Below are positions 12,726 through 26,189 of a DNA stretch of 64,000 bases, piece by piece. The stretch lies in the NCBI RefSeq assembly GCF_963921235.1, contig NC_086097.1, positions 202,742,001 through 202,806,000 on the forward strand, written 5' to 3'. The notes beneath the pieces are model-generated. The model made no database searches. It saw nothing but the letters and a program-made list of their open reading frames with translations, and was not told the origin of the DNA. Position numbers and translations under genes: made by a program. The DNA is from Mobula hypostoma (lineage: Eukaryota). Every line of letters begins with the position of its first letter. Positions within the stretch are counted from its first letter, which is position 1.

Positions 12726-13022
12726 TTTATTGAAATTTGCTGTATTGCTCCTGAAGTTTTTCTTTCTTCTATCCAGATGAAGAAATTTATATGCATGTTT
12801 TTTATCAGTGAATATTGCAGTCGACAGAAAGAGAACAGTTTTTTTGGCAAGGAGTTGTAGCAGTTCTTACAAGTACAAGCACTTAAGGAAATGAGAACCT
12901 ACTTTAGCAGCTCTGAAAATGAAAATTGCCCAGCTGTTCAATCTTGACCAAGCAGTCTTGGGATGCGGATGCACTTGCTGCAGTCGACTGAGCATTGGCT
13001 AAGCCTTATGATGTTAATCTGT

Positions 13023-15048
13023 TAGAAAACATAGAAAAACCTACAGCACAATACAGGCCCTTCGGCACATAAATTTGTGCCAAACATATCCCTACCATAG
13101 AAATTACTAGGCTTTACCCATAGCCCTCTATTTTTCTAAGCTCCGTGTACCTATCCAAAAGTCTCTTAAAAGACCCTGTCGTAATGGCCTCCACCACCGT
13201 CACCAGCAGCCCATTCCATGCACTCACCACTCTCTGCGTAAAAAAAAAAAAACAACTTACCCCTGACATCTCCTCTGTACCTACTTCCCAGCACCTTAAG
13301 CCTGTGTCCTCTTGTGGCAACCATTTCAGTCCTGGGAAAAAGCCTCTGACTATCCACACGATCAATGCCTCTCATCATCTTATACACCTCTATCAGGTCA
13401 CCTCTCATCCTCCGTCGCTCCAAGAAGAAAAGGCCGAGTTCACTCAACCTGTTTTCATAAGGCATGCTCCCCAATCCAGGCAACATCCTTGTAAATCTCC
13501 TCTGCACCCTTTCTATGGTCTCCACATCCTTCCTGTAGTGAGGTGAGCGAACTGAGCACAGTACTCCAAGTGGGGTCTGACCAGGGTCCTATATAGCTGC
13601 AACATTACCTCTCGGCTCCTACATTCAATTCCACGATTGATGAAGGCCAATACGCCGTATGCCTTCTTAACCACAGAGTCAACCTGCACAGCTGCTTTGA
13701 GCATCCTATGAACTCGGATCCCAAGATCCCTCTGATCCTCCACACTGCCAAGAGTCTTACCATAATACTATATTCTGCCATCATATTTGACCTACCAAAA
13801 TGAACCACTTTACACTTATCTGGGTTGAACTCCGTCTGCCACTTCTCAGCCCGGTTTTGCATCCTATCAATGTCCTGCTGTAAACTCTGACAGCCCTCCA
13901 CACTATCCACAACACCTCCAACCTTTGTGTCATCAACAAACTTACTGACCCATCTTTCCACTTCCTCATCCAGGTTGTTTATAAAAATCACGAAGAGTAA
14001 GGGTCCCAGAACAGATCCCTGAGGCACTCCACCGACCTCACTGAGGTGACTGACCACCATGCAGAATATGACCCATCTTCAACCACTCTTTGCCTTCTGT
14101 GGGCAAGCCAGTTCTGGATCCACAAAGCAATGTCCCCTTGGATCCCATGCCTCCTTTCTTTATCAATAAGCTTTGCATGGGGAACCTTATCAAATGCCTT
14201 GCTGAAATCCATATACACTACATCTACTGCTCTTCCTTCATCAATGTGTTTAGTCACATCCTCAGAAAATTCAATCAGGCTGGTAAGGCATGACCTGCCC
14301 TTGACAAAGCCATGCTGACTATTCCTAATCATATTATACCTCTCGAAATGTTCATAAATCCTGCCTCTGAGGATCTTCTCCATCAACTTAACAACCACTG
14401 AAGTTAGACTCACTGGTCTATAATTTCCTGGGCTATCTCTACTCCCTTTCTTGAATAAAGGAACAGCATCCACAACCCTCCAATCCTCTGGAATCACTCC
14501 CGCCCCCTATTGATGATGCAAAGATCATTGCCAGAGGCTCAGCAATCTCCTCCCTTGCCTCCCACAGTAGCCTGGGGTACATCTCATCCCAACTTGATGC
14601 TTTCCAAAGGCTCCAGCACATCCTCTTTCTTAATATCTACATGCTCAAGCTTTTCAGTCCTCTGCAAGTCATCACTACAATCACCAAGAGCCTTTTCCAT
14701 TGTGAATGCTCAAGTAAAGTATTCATTAAGTACCTCTGCTATTTCCTCTGGTTCCATACACACTCTCCCACTGTCACACTTAATAGGTCCTATTCTTTCA
14801 CGTCTTATCCTCTTACTCTTCACATACTTGTAGAATGCCTTGGGGTTTTCCTTAATCCTGCCCGCCAAGGCCTTCTCATGGCCCCTTCTGGCTCTCCTAA
14901 TTTCCTTCTTAAGCTCCTTCCTGTTAGCCTTATAATCTTCTAGATCTCTAACATTACCTAGCTCTCTGAACCTTTTGTAAGCTTTTCTTCTTCACTGGAT
15001 TTATTACAGCCTTTGTACACCCCATAACTTCTCTGTCTCATTGGAACA
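13023..15048 (-). mobile_element. CR1 LINE, 5'-truncated (RT region)
   Basis: Tail tagaaaacatagaaaa. RT motifs NYRPVSLTS, DFSKAFDKV, GVPQGSVLGP, LEYC in fragmented ORFs. Confidence 0.95.
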
Positions 15049-15532
15049 TTGGAAGTGTTAAGTCTGAGTTTCCCATCACGTAGAAATGAATATTCAGTTA
15101 TTAACCCTGACACTTTTCATTAAAGAGCAAGTTTTAGTTTTATTAGAAAAGATGAGTAATTGTTCAGAAAGCCATGCCACACCTAAGAAATATGGCCAAA
15201 GCAATGTAAAATACCCAGTACTGGGAGGGAGGGAACTGAAGCATTGGTGGGAAGGAGATTGTTACAAGTATGGCATTGAAAGGTATGAGCATTTGGATAT
15301 AATTACAGGCAAGGGATCTGAGGATGCACATTTCACAAAGAAAAGTTGTAAAGTTATTTCACAAAGTTAATGATATTGTATTGAAAATTTTGTTCGTTTT
15401 TGTGGTTAATTGAATTCATTGATTTTTTTTCTTTTTTATGTAATGAATTGATGATCCCCATTATGCAATATTTATGATTTGTTAGTTTGTCACTGTATAA
15501 GCTTAATATGAAATCCAAATGATAGGCTAGAT

Positions 15533-15609
15533 CAGGGGTTCCTAACCTGAGGTCGGACCTTTTGGTTAATGGTAGGGGACCATTGCATTATAAAGGTTGG
15601 GAACCTCTG
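15533..15609. mobile_element. hAT-type MITE (77 bp)
   Basis: TIRs caggggttcctaacct / aggttgggaacctctg. 8-bp TSD ggctagat / ggcaagat. Confidence 0.8.
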
Positions 15610-16519
15610 GGCAAGATGTATCAAGATGGAATAAAAATTGTAAAAACTTTAATGATGTATAGTTTAAGATTGTAGTGAACCAAGTAATTATTTGTTGCTT
15701 GTGTTTGGTTATTGGAAAGTCGAAAAGTAACTTCACATATAGAAGGACAACAAAAGATGGGCACTTTTTCTTCTGCATCTTAAATTTGAGTGTAAACATA
15801 AAAAGTATCTAAAGCTATGGATAAACAACAATGACTTGAAGATAATGGGCCCTGGTCCCTCATTGTTAACAAGAGATTACAGTATTTGAGAATGCTAGCG
15901 AGTGGTTGTGAATACTAGCAAACTCATCTTCAACAAGCTTTTCATTGAAGTATAAGTGAATTTTTGAGGGAATGGAAAGTTACTCGCCGCATGACACCTG
16001 TACTCGAAAAATAAGTTCACTCAGGCCTGCAGTATCCAGAATTCAAGTTGTAAACCATCATCAACACATTTTATGAAACATATGAGAAGCTGTGCTTTAC
16101 AATCAACTTTTGAAAGTTGATTGTAAATTTTGAAAGGACAAAGTCCAACCTCTCCCAGGCTCGCCACCTTGCTTTGTGACAATAATGCTTCACAACTAGA
16201 GTCTAGAAAACATGGACCTTTTTGCATATCTCGGAGCCAACTTTGGCCAAGGCAGAGATCAGAAATAACATTTTGCACAACCGTCAACGTACCATCATAA
16301 CCTTTGATTGAGGAAAAGAGAATTTGAAGAAGGGAAAACCATAGATCGGATTCAAAGTCTCATTTTCCATCAGGCAGCAGAGTTTTGAGATCTTCTGTAT
16401 TCTTTTGAGGTCTGAACCAGGTATCACAACACACTGGAAAAATAGAGCCAAGTGCTCTTCTGCAGAATCCTCCAAATTCACTTTCATTAGCAAATTGATC
16501 TCTGTATCCCCTTTCAGAT

Positions 16520-16660
16520 ATTCATGGGGAATTGTCAGATTAGATTCAGAATTGGTTTGTCCATTGAAGAGGGTAATGGTGGAAGGATGTTATTCTGGCT
16601 GGAGATCTGTGACCAGGGATCAGTGCTAGGATTTCTGTTATTTGTGATATATATAAATGA
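16520..16660 (+). mobile_element. CR1 RT fragment
   Basis: Translates to RVMVEGCYSGWRSVT..QGSVLGFLLFVIYIND. Confidence 0.75.
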
Positions 16661-17155
16661 TAAGTGCTGTCATGGGAAGAGGGTTACTGAATGGACAGAG
16701 GTAAGGATTCAAGGGCAATAGGAAATTGTTTCCTCATTTTAATGCATTTCAACGAATAAATGAAATATATGACAGAAACCACCCTAAATAGTTATTTTGT
16801 TTCTCTTTATCTCCTATCTTGGTTTTGGTAATAAAAAGAAGCCAAGGTAGTTAAGAAAAACACTGCAAGGTAAACTTGAAATTTCCTAAAGTTTCAAATA
16901 TTTTTGAAGAACAGGTGACTTGAGATTGTGGATAATTTTGAACAACAGCTTATTCAGTTGATCGAAGAATATTGATAGAAAGTAGCTTGAGAGAACATGC
17001 CTGGACTGTATCATCCAAAATGGGCCAACGTTGCCAACCCTATCAAAATGTAACATGCCCAGACGTAGTAATGGGTGGAGGCAACAGGAAAAGTTTTTAT
17101 TTATTGAAGGTATTAAGAGATTCCAAAGAAAATGCAGAGGATATATTTTCTCATA

Positions 17156-18785
17156 CAGGTGTCCTCTGCTTTTCGAATGTTCGCTTTACGAAACCTCACT
17201 GTTACAAAAGACCTAATTAGTTACCTGTTTTCGTTAACAGAAGGTGTTTTCACTGTTACAAAAAAGGCAGCACGCGAAAAAAAGCAGCACACGATAAAAG
17301 GCCTCGAGCAGCCGCTCCTCCCCCAGATTCGGAACTGCATTCTCGCCGGCATTGCTTAAACACGTGCCTGTGAGCAGCCATTTGCAAGTTGAGCTCTAAG
17401 GTATCAGAAAAGCCTGAAAGAGCTCGTAAGGATGTTGCACTTAGTGTAAAACTGACATAATTAAGTGTTTTGATCGTGGTGAACGAAGTAAGGACAAAGT
17501 GAGTTTGGCTTGTGGAAGTTGACGAAGATGATGTTGAAGAGGTTTTGGCATCCCATGACCAAGAACTGATAGATGAAGAGCTGATGCAATTGGAAGAGAA
17601 AAGGATAACAATCGAAACCAAATGCAGTAGCGAACGGACAAAGTGTAGTCGTCCAGGAACTAAACGTGAAGCAACTGCGTGCGATTTTCGCTGCAATGAT
17701 AAAATACAACTTTAATTTTCAAAGGGTACATTGGTTTAGGGCATATTTGCAGGATGGTTTGAGTGCTTACAAAGAACTGTATGATAGAAAAATGCGCGAG
17801 GCGAAGCAGTCAAGCAAGCCTTCCAATCAGCCACAGCAGACGACGAACCTCGACCTTCAACATCGAGGCAGGCAGACATAGAAGAAGATGACCTGCCTGC
17901 CCTAATGGAAAGAGATGACACCCCAGTGTCCCACCATCCCAACATCCGGGCCGCGGACCGATACATTACCGCGGAGAATGCAGCCGTAGCTGGGACGCAC
18001 CCAACACATCTTTAAGAAAAAAGCTGAAATAAACAAGCTAATTAATTAGGTGCCGCCTGGCACGTAAATGTCGGCCCAGATCAGAGGCGATTGCCGATTG
18101 CGTCGCCTCTGATCTGGGCCGACAGTGTGCCGGGTGGCACCTGATTAATTGGATTGTTTGTTTCGGCTTTTTTGTTAAAGATGTGCTGGGTGCATCCCGG
18201 CTACCGCTGCATCCCTGGATGCTTCGCGGATCAGTATCGGTCGGCAGCCTGGAGGGTGGGGGCCACTGCACCTCCCCAACCTCTGACGACTCAGCCTATC
18301 ACACCATCATCAGTGTGCTCTGTGCTGCCTTCCCTATTCCGGTAAGTGATACTACACTTGTACATACATTATTTCTACCTTATATCGGCTGTGTATTTTT
18401 ATGTGTTATTTGGTATGATTTGGCAGCTTCATAGCTTAAAGGTTACTGGAGAGAGTCTTTCTGCCGAGAGCGCTTGCACCGTGTTTTTGTCGAGAGCGCT
18501 TTTGTGAGATTTTCGCTACGGAGAACAGTGCAGGCAATGATTGTGGAGAAGTATTTCTACTTTATATAGGCTGTGTATTTATCGTATCATTCCTGCTTTT
18601 ACTATATGTTACTGTTATTTTAGGTCTTATGTGTTATTTGGCATAATTTGGTAGGTTATTTTTGGGTCTGCTAATGCTCACAAATTTTTCCCATATAAAT
18701 GGTAATTGCTTCTTTGCGTTATGACATTCCGGCTTACGAACCATTTCATAGGAATGCTCTACCTTCGGATGGCGGGGGAAACCTG
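17156..18785 (+). mobile_element. Non-autonomous Tigger/pogo DNA transposon, copy 1
   Basis: TA TSDs (17154-55, 18786-87), imperfect TIRs caggtgtcc../..gggaaacctg, and a pogo C-terminal acidic piece (EVDEDDVEEVLASHDQELIDEEL). Confidence 0.9.
17924..18268. mobile_element. Palindromic hAT-like MITE embedded in the Tigger family
   Basis: cagtg..cactg ends and a long inverted repeat centred near 18095. Also present at 45158-45536, with a half copy at ~20725-20889. Confidence 0.65.
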
Positions 18786-19082
18786 TATCAGAAATGTTCA
18801 GTTTACGAACTGTATAGCAGGTGGTCAGTGGTTGATGGATACTACTTAATCCGCAGTTTCCAATATCCACATTATTTTGCTTTTTTTAAATAAATGAAAT
18901 GCTGTCATTGCGTTCAATCTAAGTTTAGTTGGACATTAGAAATAATAGTTACTGAAGAAAGGAAATGATAATTGAAAACTTGATAGAAATAAACCTGAAA
19001 TTTGTGGTAATAGATAATTAAGTGCAAGCAATTACACTATGGGTGCAGACTCAGTCTCTACAGTTAAACAGATACATCCTCA

Positions 19083-19360
19083 AGAGATTAGCATTATTTG
19101 TCACTTGCACTGTGAAACAAGTGGTGAATCGCATTGATGGTGCCAATGACCAACACAGTCTGAGATGTGCTGGGGACAGTCTGCAGTTGCTGCCATGCTT
19201 CCAGTGTCAACATAATCTGCCCTCCACCCTAACTTGTATAACTATGGAATGAGGGAAGAACCCAGAGCAAGCGGTCACGGGCAGAATGTTCAAGCTCCTT
19301 AAATACGGTGGTGTGAATTGAACCCCAATTTTACAGAGGGTGCTGTAAACCATTATCAGA
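19083..19360 (-). mobile_element. tRNA-derived SINE (V-SINE-like)
   Basis: B-box-like GGTTCAATTC on the minus strand at ~19315-19325. V-domain-like gggaagaacccagagc..ggtcacgggcagaatgttcaagctcc. Tail shared with 4705-4755. Confidence 0.6.
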
Positions 19361-20242
19361 CCCTGTGTGTAATACAGTAAATCTCTTCCATTGTTATTTT
19401 TGAGCATTGTGTACAGTATAGCTACAAGAACGTTGTACAAGAAGATAACCTAACTGTGGTACACAGTTGTAACAACAACCGGAAAGCCAGGATTTGAAAG
19501 GTGCAGCTGTTGAAAGTAAGACTGATGGCCACTTGTGGAGGTGGCAAGTTTTGGTGATCACGAGGAGACGGTCAATGTCTGTAGCCACATCCTTTTAAAA
19601 TTGGGGTAGGAAAGAATGCTCCTTTCTATAATAAGCCCTCTGTGCTTATTACTGCATTGTTCATTGCAGCCTGCAGTAGCTCTGTGGGGCTGTATATGGA
19701 CCTGTTTTCTTGAACGTAGCTGGGTAGATGCATGGTAGTCTAATATTTCACAGAGGATTTAAAAGGGGTGTTAAACCCCTCATTTTCAAAATCAAAATGT
19801 ATGCTTCTATACCAATGTGTTTTTTGGTGAATCCAATACCTGAGCATGCTTTAAAACTCCGCATTTGGAAAAGGTTACTGTGCATTGAGCTATCCACTTG
19901 AACTCCAGCATGCTTTTGCTATCTAGTATTTATCTTCTTTTTGAAGTAACAGGGCACCCAAAGCTAGAGATTGCCTGGTGTTTCATCAGAATCTGCATAC
20001 TTGGAAAGCAGCAGGGAGCAGACCTGTGTGTTGCTGTTTTGTATTTGGTACTGATGAGAAGTAGTTTAGCTGGCTTTTGTTTTTAGATTTTAACGCATTT
20101 TCCTTGCTTTATTATGAACTGTCGTTAAACATAAAGTATGTTCATACTTAAGAGTAACCAATACTTAAAATAGAGGACAAGCGTCTTTTAGTTGGAATCC
20201 TGATGTGTGAAAGTGAAATGCAGTTATCAGGAATCCTGGGTA

Positions 20243-21571
20243 CAGGGTTCCCCTGCTATCCGAAGGTAGAGCGTTCCTATGAAACGGTTCGTAAGCCGGA
20301 ATGTCGTAAAGTGAGTAAGCGATTAGCGTTTATTAATATGGGAAAAATTTTTGAGTGTTCCCAGACCCAAAAAAATAACCTATAAAATCATGCCAAATAA
20401 TATATAAAACCTAAAATAACAATAACTTATAGTAAAAGCAGGAATGATATAAATACACAGCCTATATAAAGTAGAAATACTTTTCTGCAGCACTGTCTAG
20501 CGCAGCGAAAATCTTGCAGATGTGCTCTCGGCAGAAACACTCTCTCCACTAACCTTTAAGCTATGAAGCTGCCAAATTATACCAAGTAACACATAAAAAT
20601 ACACAGCCTATATAAAGTAGAAATAATGTATGTACAGTGTAGTTTCACTTACTGGAATCGGGAAGACGCCAATAAATTGCAGTTTCATCACAGTTAAACA
20701 CTTGCTAATACAAATAACCACCTGACGCAATCGGCAATCGCCTCTGATCTGGGCCGACATTTACGTGCCAGGTGGCATCTAATTAATTAGCTTGTTTATT
20801 TCGGCTTTTTTTCTTAAAGATGTGCTGAGTGCGTTCCAACTACCGCTGCACCGCTGCATTCTTCGCGGCCCGGAGGTTGGGGACCACTGTTTAAACTATG
20901 AAGCTGCCCTCGCTTCAGAAACCGATCAAACCACCTATGACTACCTTTAAATTCCACTTTCGCAACACTTTCATCACCATCGTCCAGTGCTTTCTGTTTC
21001 AGCGTACTAAAAAGAGTGACTGATTTCTCAAGTATAAGAAAACTTAACAGAACACCACGCTTTGTACACCCATCAATCCACTCAAGCAATAGACTTTCCA
21101 TTTTATCCATTATTGGATGCTGACTAAGAGAGACCACTTTGCTACGAGCAGAACCAACAGTAACATCAGCAACTTTCAAATTCTTTCTCTCTGCGTATAA
21201 ATAGTGCGAATAGTAGGCGCAGGCAAGTTGAACGCGCGGACAATGTTCTTGCTTCGTTCACCACGATCGAAACACTCAGTTATGTCTAGTTTTATGCTAT
21301 GTGTAACACCCTTACGAGCTCTCTTAGGCTTTTCCGATACCTTAGAACTCAACTTGCTAACGGATGCACAAAATAAATCGAGATAAAGCACGTGTTTAAG
21401 CAGTGGTGGCTAGAATACAGTTCCGGGGGAGGAGCTTGGCTGTTCGGGTGTGCGCTGCCTTCTTTCGTAACGGTGAAAACATCTTCTGTTAGCGAAAACA
21501 GGTAACTAATGTAGGTCTTACGTAACAGCGAGGTGTCGTAAAGCGAACATTCGGAAAACGGGGGCCACCTG
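20243..21571 (-). mobile_element. Tigger/pogo copy 2, retaining the N-terminal HTH (psq and CENP-B-type) coding region
   Basis: TA TSDs, same TIRs as copy 1. ORFs 21176-21391 and 20814-21179 (KMESLLLEWI..FKGSHRWFDRFLKR). Confidence 0.9.
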
Positions 21572-21675
21572 TATTTATGTGTCATTAATGAAATAAATAA
21601 ATGGACATTGTTGTACTGGGACTCTACAGCAATTATGGTCACAGCAACTACTGATATGGATATATCTAGTGGTTT

Positions 21676-22022
21676 GAATCAAAATCAGGTTTGTCATCAC
21701 TGTCTTGTGTGATGTGAAATTTGTTATTTCGTGGCAGCAGTACAGTGCAAGGACATAAAAATGACTGTAAGCTACAAAATAAATAGTGCAAAACAAGGGT
21801 TCATTACACCACTCTGAAATCTACTGTCGGAGGAGAAGGAGCATTTCCTGATTTATTTGACTATAAGTTTTCAGGCTCCTGTACCTTCTCCTTGAAAGTT
21901 GTAATGAAAAGAGGGCGTGTTCTGGATGTGAGGGTCCTTAATGATGGATGGCACCTTTTTAAGGCATTGCCTCTTGAAAATGTTCTTGATGGTAGGGAGG
22001 GTTGTTTCCCTGATGGTGCTAG
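21676..22022 (-). mobile_element. Rex1/Babar LINE 3' fragment
   Basis: (GAATCA)-type tail and peptide LPTIKNIFKRQCLKK..SIIKDP. Confidence 0.7.
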
Positions 22023-22024
22023 CT

Positions 22025-22450
22025 GAATCGGAATGGGAATGGGAAGTGAAATTAAAGTGGGTGGCCACTGGGAGATACCACTTTTTCTGGTGGATGGAGT
22101 GTAGATGCTCAGCAAAGCCAGCTCCCAATTTACATCGAGTCTCACCAATATACAGGAGGCCACACCGAGAGCACCAGATCCAGTAGATGACCCTAACAAA
22201 CTCACAGGTGAAAGGCACCTCACGTGGAAGGACTGTTTGGTAGTGAGGCAGGAGGTGTAGAGGCAGGTGTAGCACTTGTATAGCTTACAGGGTAAGTGCT
22301 AGGAGGGAGATCGGTGTGGAGGGAAGAATGGACAAGGGAGTCGTATAGAGAGTGATCCATGCAGAAAGCAGAAAGTGGGGTGGTGTGGGAAGGGAAAGAT
22401 ATGTTTAGTGGTGGGATCCTGCTGGAGATGGTGGAAGTTATGGAGAATTA
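22025..22450 (-). mobile_element. Penelope-like GIY-YIG endonuclease fragment
   Basis: Peptide FTCEFVRVIYWIWCSRCGLLYIGETRCKL..LPVATHFN. Confidence 0.85.
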
Positions 22451-22499
22451 TGGAACATCTACTGACTCTTTTTGTCTATCCTGCCTGTTACCATAGAAT

Positions 22500-23013
22500 A
22501 CCTTAGTATTCATTTTCCTGAGGCATTTACAGGAAAAATGAAATACAATAGAACTTTTTGAAAAATAAATTCTGACAAATATCAATGTGAAAAAAAATGT
22601 GCAAATATAAATAACGTTGAGAGCACGAGTTGTAAAAAGTCCTTGAAAGTAACTGTAGTTTATAAAATCAGTTCAAAGTAGTGGTAAATGAAGTTATCCA
22701 CACCATTTCAGGAGCTTGATGGTTTAAGGAGTAATGGCTGTTGAACCTAGTGGTATGGGACCTAAGTGTCCTGTACTTCCTATCTGATGGTTGTAGCAAA
22801 AAGAAAGTATGGCTTGGATGGTGGTGTCTTTGATGAAAGATGTTGCTTTCTTGTGGCAGCGCTCCATGTAAATGTAGTCAATGGTGGGGAGGGCTTAGCC
22901 TGTGATGGATTGGGCTTTATCCACCACTCTCTGTCGCCTTTTCTATTCCTTGGACATCGGTATTTCCATGCAGGCCGTGATTCAACCAGGATACTCTCCA
23001 CTGTGCATCTATA
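22500..23013 (-). mobile_element. Rex1/Babar LINE 3' fragment
   Basis: Similar to 42560-42880 (ggtgcatctata, ESIL). Confidence 0.6.
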
Positions 23014-23889
23014 GAATTAAAAACATAGTCAATAGCATAACATAATAACAGTCAAATTTCTAAACCATTTCACATTATATGATGGTCAGACCATATACTA
23101 ACATTTTGGTAAGCTTATGTTTTAAATGTAGCATGGAAATACATAAGTACACAGACTGTACTCAAAATGATGAAAAGTGGGCAAATGTCAGTAAAAATCA
23201 CAAATTCTTAGATTTCGGCTGGGACATTACTATTTTTGAAAGAAGTAATTAAGAAGTAATGGGAAGAATAGAGGAGATGGAAAAAGTAAAGCTTTTATTC
23301 GGACATTTGACATTAACTTTCTTGTTATGTGGTTTAATGATACTTTTGTAACTTCCTCTTAGTTTGGTTATTTAATTTTCATACATTTTTCATATTTCTG
23401 CACATTCATACGTGGTCATGTTTAACTTCAGTTCAAATTATTATTTAGTTTTTATTTACTGTACATACAGATTCATAATTATCTGGAGTCTTCAGTATTA
23501 CAGGGTGTAACTTTTCAAAAGTGAGCAGATTTTGTCTTTTGGTAGTAAGCATATAATTTCCTGACAGTGTGAACAATAAGGATCAATTAAACCTAATTTT
23601 ATTCTTTGAGATCTTCATATCAGCTGCCTTGTGACGTTAAATACATTTTAATATAAGCCAAAAAAGCAATCTCCTCTTTAAGCTTGTCCAGGCATAAGCT
23701 TCAAAAATTCCGTTCATTCCATTGTGTCACGTTAGATAAGAGAGCTCAGCAATGATTCAGACAGTAGATTGTATACATTGCATCAGTGTTATCTTCTGTG
23801 TGGTATGTAATGCTCCTTGTATATGGAGTCATTTTTCTCCAGATGATCAGAAGTCCATTATATATGAGTAGTAGTATCCAAGTACATTA

Positions 23890-24035
23890 GGGACATTTAT
23901 GAAAATCTTAGACAGATGCATAGGTGATAGGAAAATGTAGGAGAGAAGGGTTAGAATGATCTTCAGAGTAGGTTATAATGTCGGCACAACATCCAGGCTG
24001 AAGAGCCTGTTATATGCTGTATTTTTCTATGTTCT
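23890..24035 (+). mobile_element. CR1 3' fragment
   Basis: gtcggcacaac..gctgaagagcctgt..ttctatgttcta tail. Confidence 0.7.
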
Positions 24036-24633
24036 AAAAAAATCTTTCCCAGAGAAATAAGCCCAGCATTGATAGCTTTGTTAAAACTAACTTTGTAATT
24101 CTTGTGTCATCTTTTAAATCAGTTTTGATCTTTTCTCAATTGTTCAGTGTATCCTGTTTGACTGCAGAATTCTTCAAACGTAGTTGAAGGATATATTTTT
24201 AATAGAGAGTAGTTCAATTAAATAACCTTCACATAAAATATTAGGGAGGCTGATAGTGGTTTTATCATTATGTACTAAACTTCAATATTAGATTAAGATC
24301 TACCTTTTCTGAACTTCCAACAAATCAATAATTTTAATTTCATTTTTAAAATTTGCATCTGCCATGCCAAATCTTGTAGTTAAGTTTTGTTAAATTTTTG
24401 TTACCGGAATTAAGTATGGTTAAAGAAACAATTTTAATACACTTCCTCATGGCTCATCTGATGACAAAGTTGTCACAAGAGATTTCCAGTTTTAACCATT
24501 GATCTCTGCTGAGCTAGCTGACTTTAGCTGTTGTACACTCTCAACGTTGGGAAAGCAGAGCTTGCTGAGGATTCTGATTGTTTTCTGTTGTGGCTGCTCA
24601 GAATGTATGTGTGTGTAATTGAATGATGAAGTT

Positions 24634-25470
24634 ATCAAGGATCAACTTTATTCACCATATACATGTTTTAGGAATTTGCTGTGGTCTGTTGGTCAGAGTG
24701 CAATATGAAATAAAGGTAGAGGTTAAAGGATGGATATGGAATAAAATGTGCATAAATACATAAATATTAGTAATTATTTATAAACAGTTATAAACTGTAG
24801 TTCAAAGTGTCTATAGTGTCGTGCCATAACATGGCTAATTGATGGGGGAGGGGTTAACTGGAATGGTTGATCAGATTAATTACCTGGGGATGAAAACTTT
24901 TAAGATGGTTTGGAGTTTTATTTTATTAACCTTTAGCACTTTTCAGAGGGGACCTTTTGGAAAAGACAGTTTTCAGGATGGGTAGTGTCTACAGTGATTT
25001 ATCCTGCCTGTTTATTTGTTCCATACAAGTCCTGCATTGATGGTAGCCAATAATCTCTTCTGTTGACCTGACAATTCACTGTTATTTTCATATATTGTGA
25101 GTGGATGATGTGGTAAACCAAACACTAATGGCTGATGTGAGGATGCTCTCCATGTTGGTCGTGGAGAATCGTACCAATATGTTCTGGGTAGATTAGAATT
25201 TTGCCAACTGCCACAAGAAGTACATCCTCTATCGAGTCTCTGTTAATGAAGGAGATATGGTTTTCCCACATGAGATCCTGTGAAGTAACGCTGCCCTGGA
25301 ACCTGAATGTTGAAACGGTGCTAATTGTAGAGTTGTTGATGACGAGTGAGTGGAGAAAAGACGCGTTTCTCCTGAAATTGATCTGTATCTCCATGGTTTT
25401 GAGGGTAATCAGCTACAAGTTGTCATGGTTGCATTAGGACACCAGCTTGTTTACCTTCTGGTGGTACTTT
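24634..25470 (-). mobile_element. Rex1/Babar-like LINE 3' part, same family as 46296-47400
   Basis: Shared tail aaggatcaactttattca..ttaggaatttgctgtgg and shared ggaacctgaatgttgaaacgg. Confidence 0.7.
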
Positions 25471-26189
25471 TGTTCTTGCTTCCTGGATAGACAGGTATTT
25501 TGAGCACATTTTCTGACTAATTTCTACTTAATTATGCATTCACTTGATACCAAGAAAACTATACCTCGGCAGTGACTCTCATCTACTTGCATCTACTCTA
25601 ATGCTTGGAAGTGCTTTGAAATGTTGGTTAACCTGATCAAGGACCTAGACCTGCAGCAATTCATCTACCACCACAACAAGCTCTCCATTCAGCTTTGGTG
25701 CATCTAGACAACAGCAAAACATATGTCAGGCTGCTGTTTATCAATTGCAGCTTGGCATTCAATACCATCATTCTCTCAGTATTAATCACTAAGCCTCTGT
25801 AGCTTCCTCTGCAGCTGGATCCTTGACTTCCTCATCGGGAGACCGAAGTCGGTACTGATTGGCTATAATGTTTTCCTCCTTGCTGACAATCAACATAGGC
25901 ACATGTTGTTACTGTGAACGAAGTCACCAGAGAGAAGCAGCTGGAAGATATAAATGCCTTGATTCAAGACACATACAAGCTGACAGGCTTGACTCGAGAG
26001 AGAAGCTTCCTGATCCAATATTACAGTATATCTTTATATATTAACAAACAAAGATAACAGGACAGTTTCTAAACTTACAATGCCGTTATAAGGCTTCTTT
26101 TAAGTTACCTGTAATTTTAAAACTTCCCACCAATGCACCCAAAATGAGTGTTAGTTACTGTGGTCTCTGATTTGTATTCATGCAGTGGG

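Noticed and set aside
12758..12800. Acceptor-like ttctttcttctatccag|ATG (also cttttcag at ~5810)
   Set aside because: No SPIDR-like peptide or matching donor follows.
15850..17150. Short ORFs in unassigned sequence, possibly an old transposase
   Set aside because: I recognised no motif in the frames examined.
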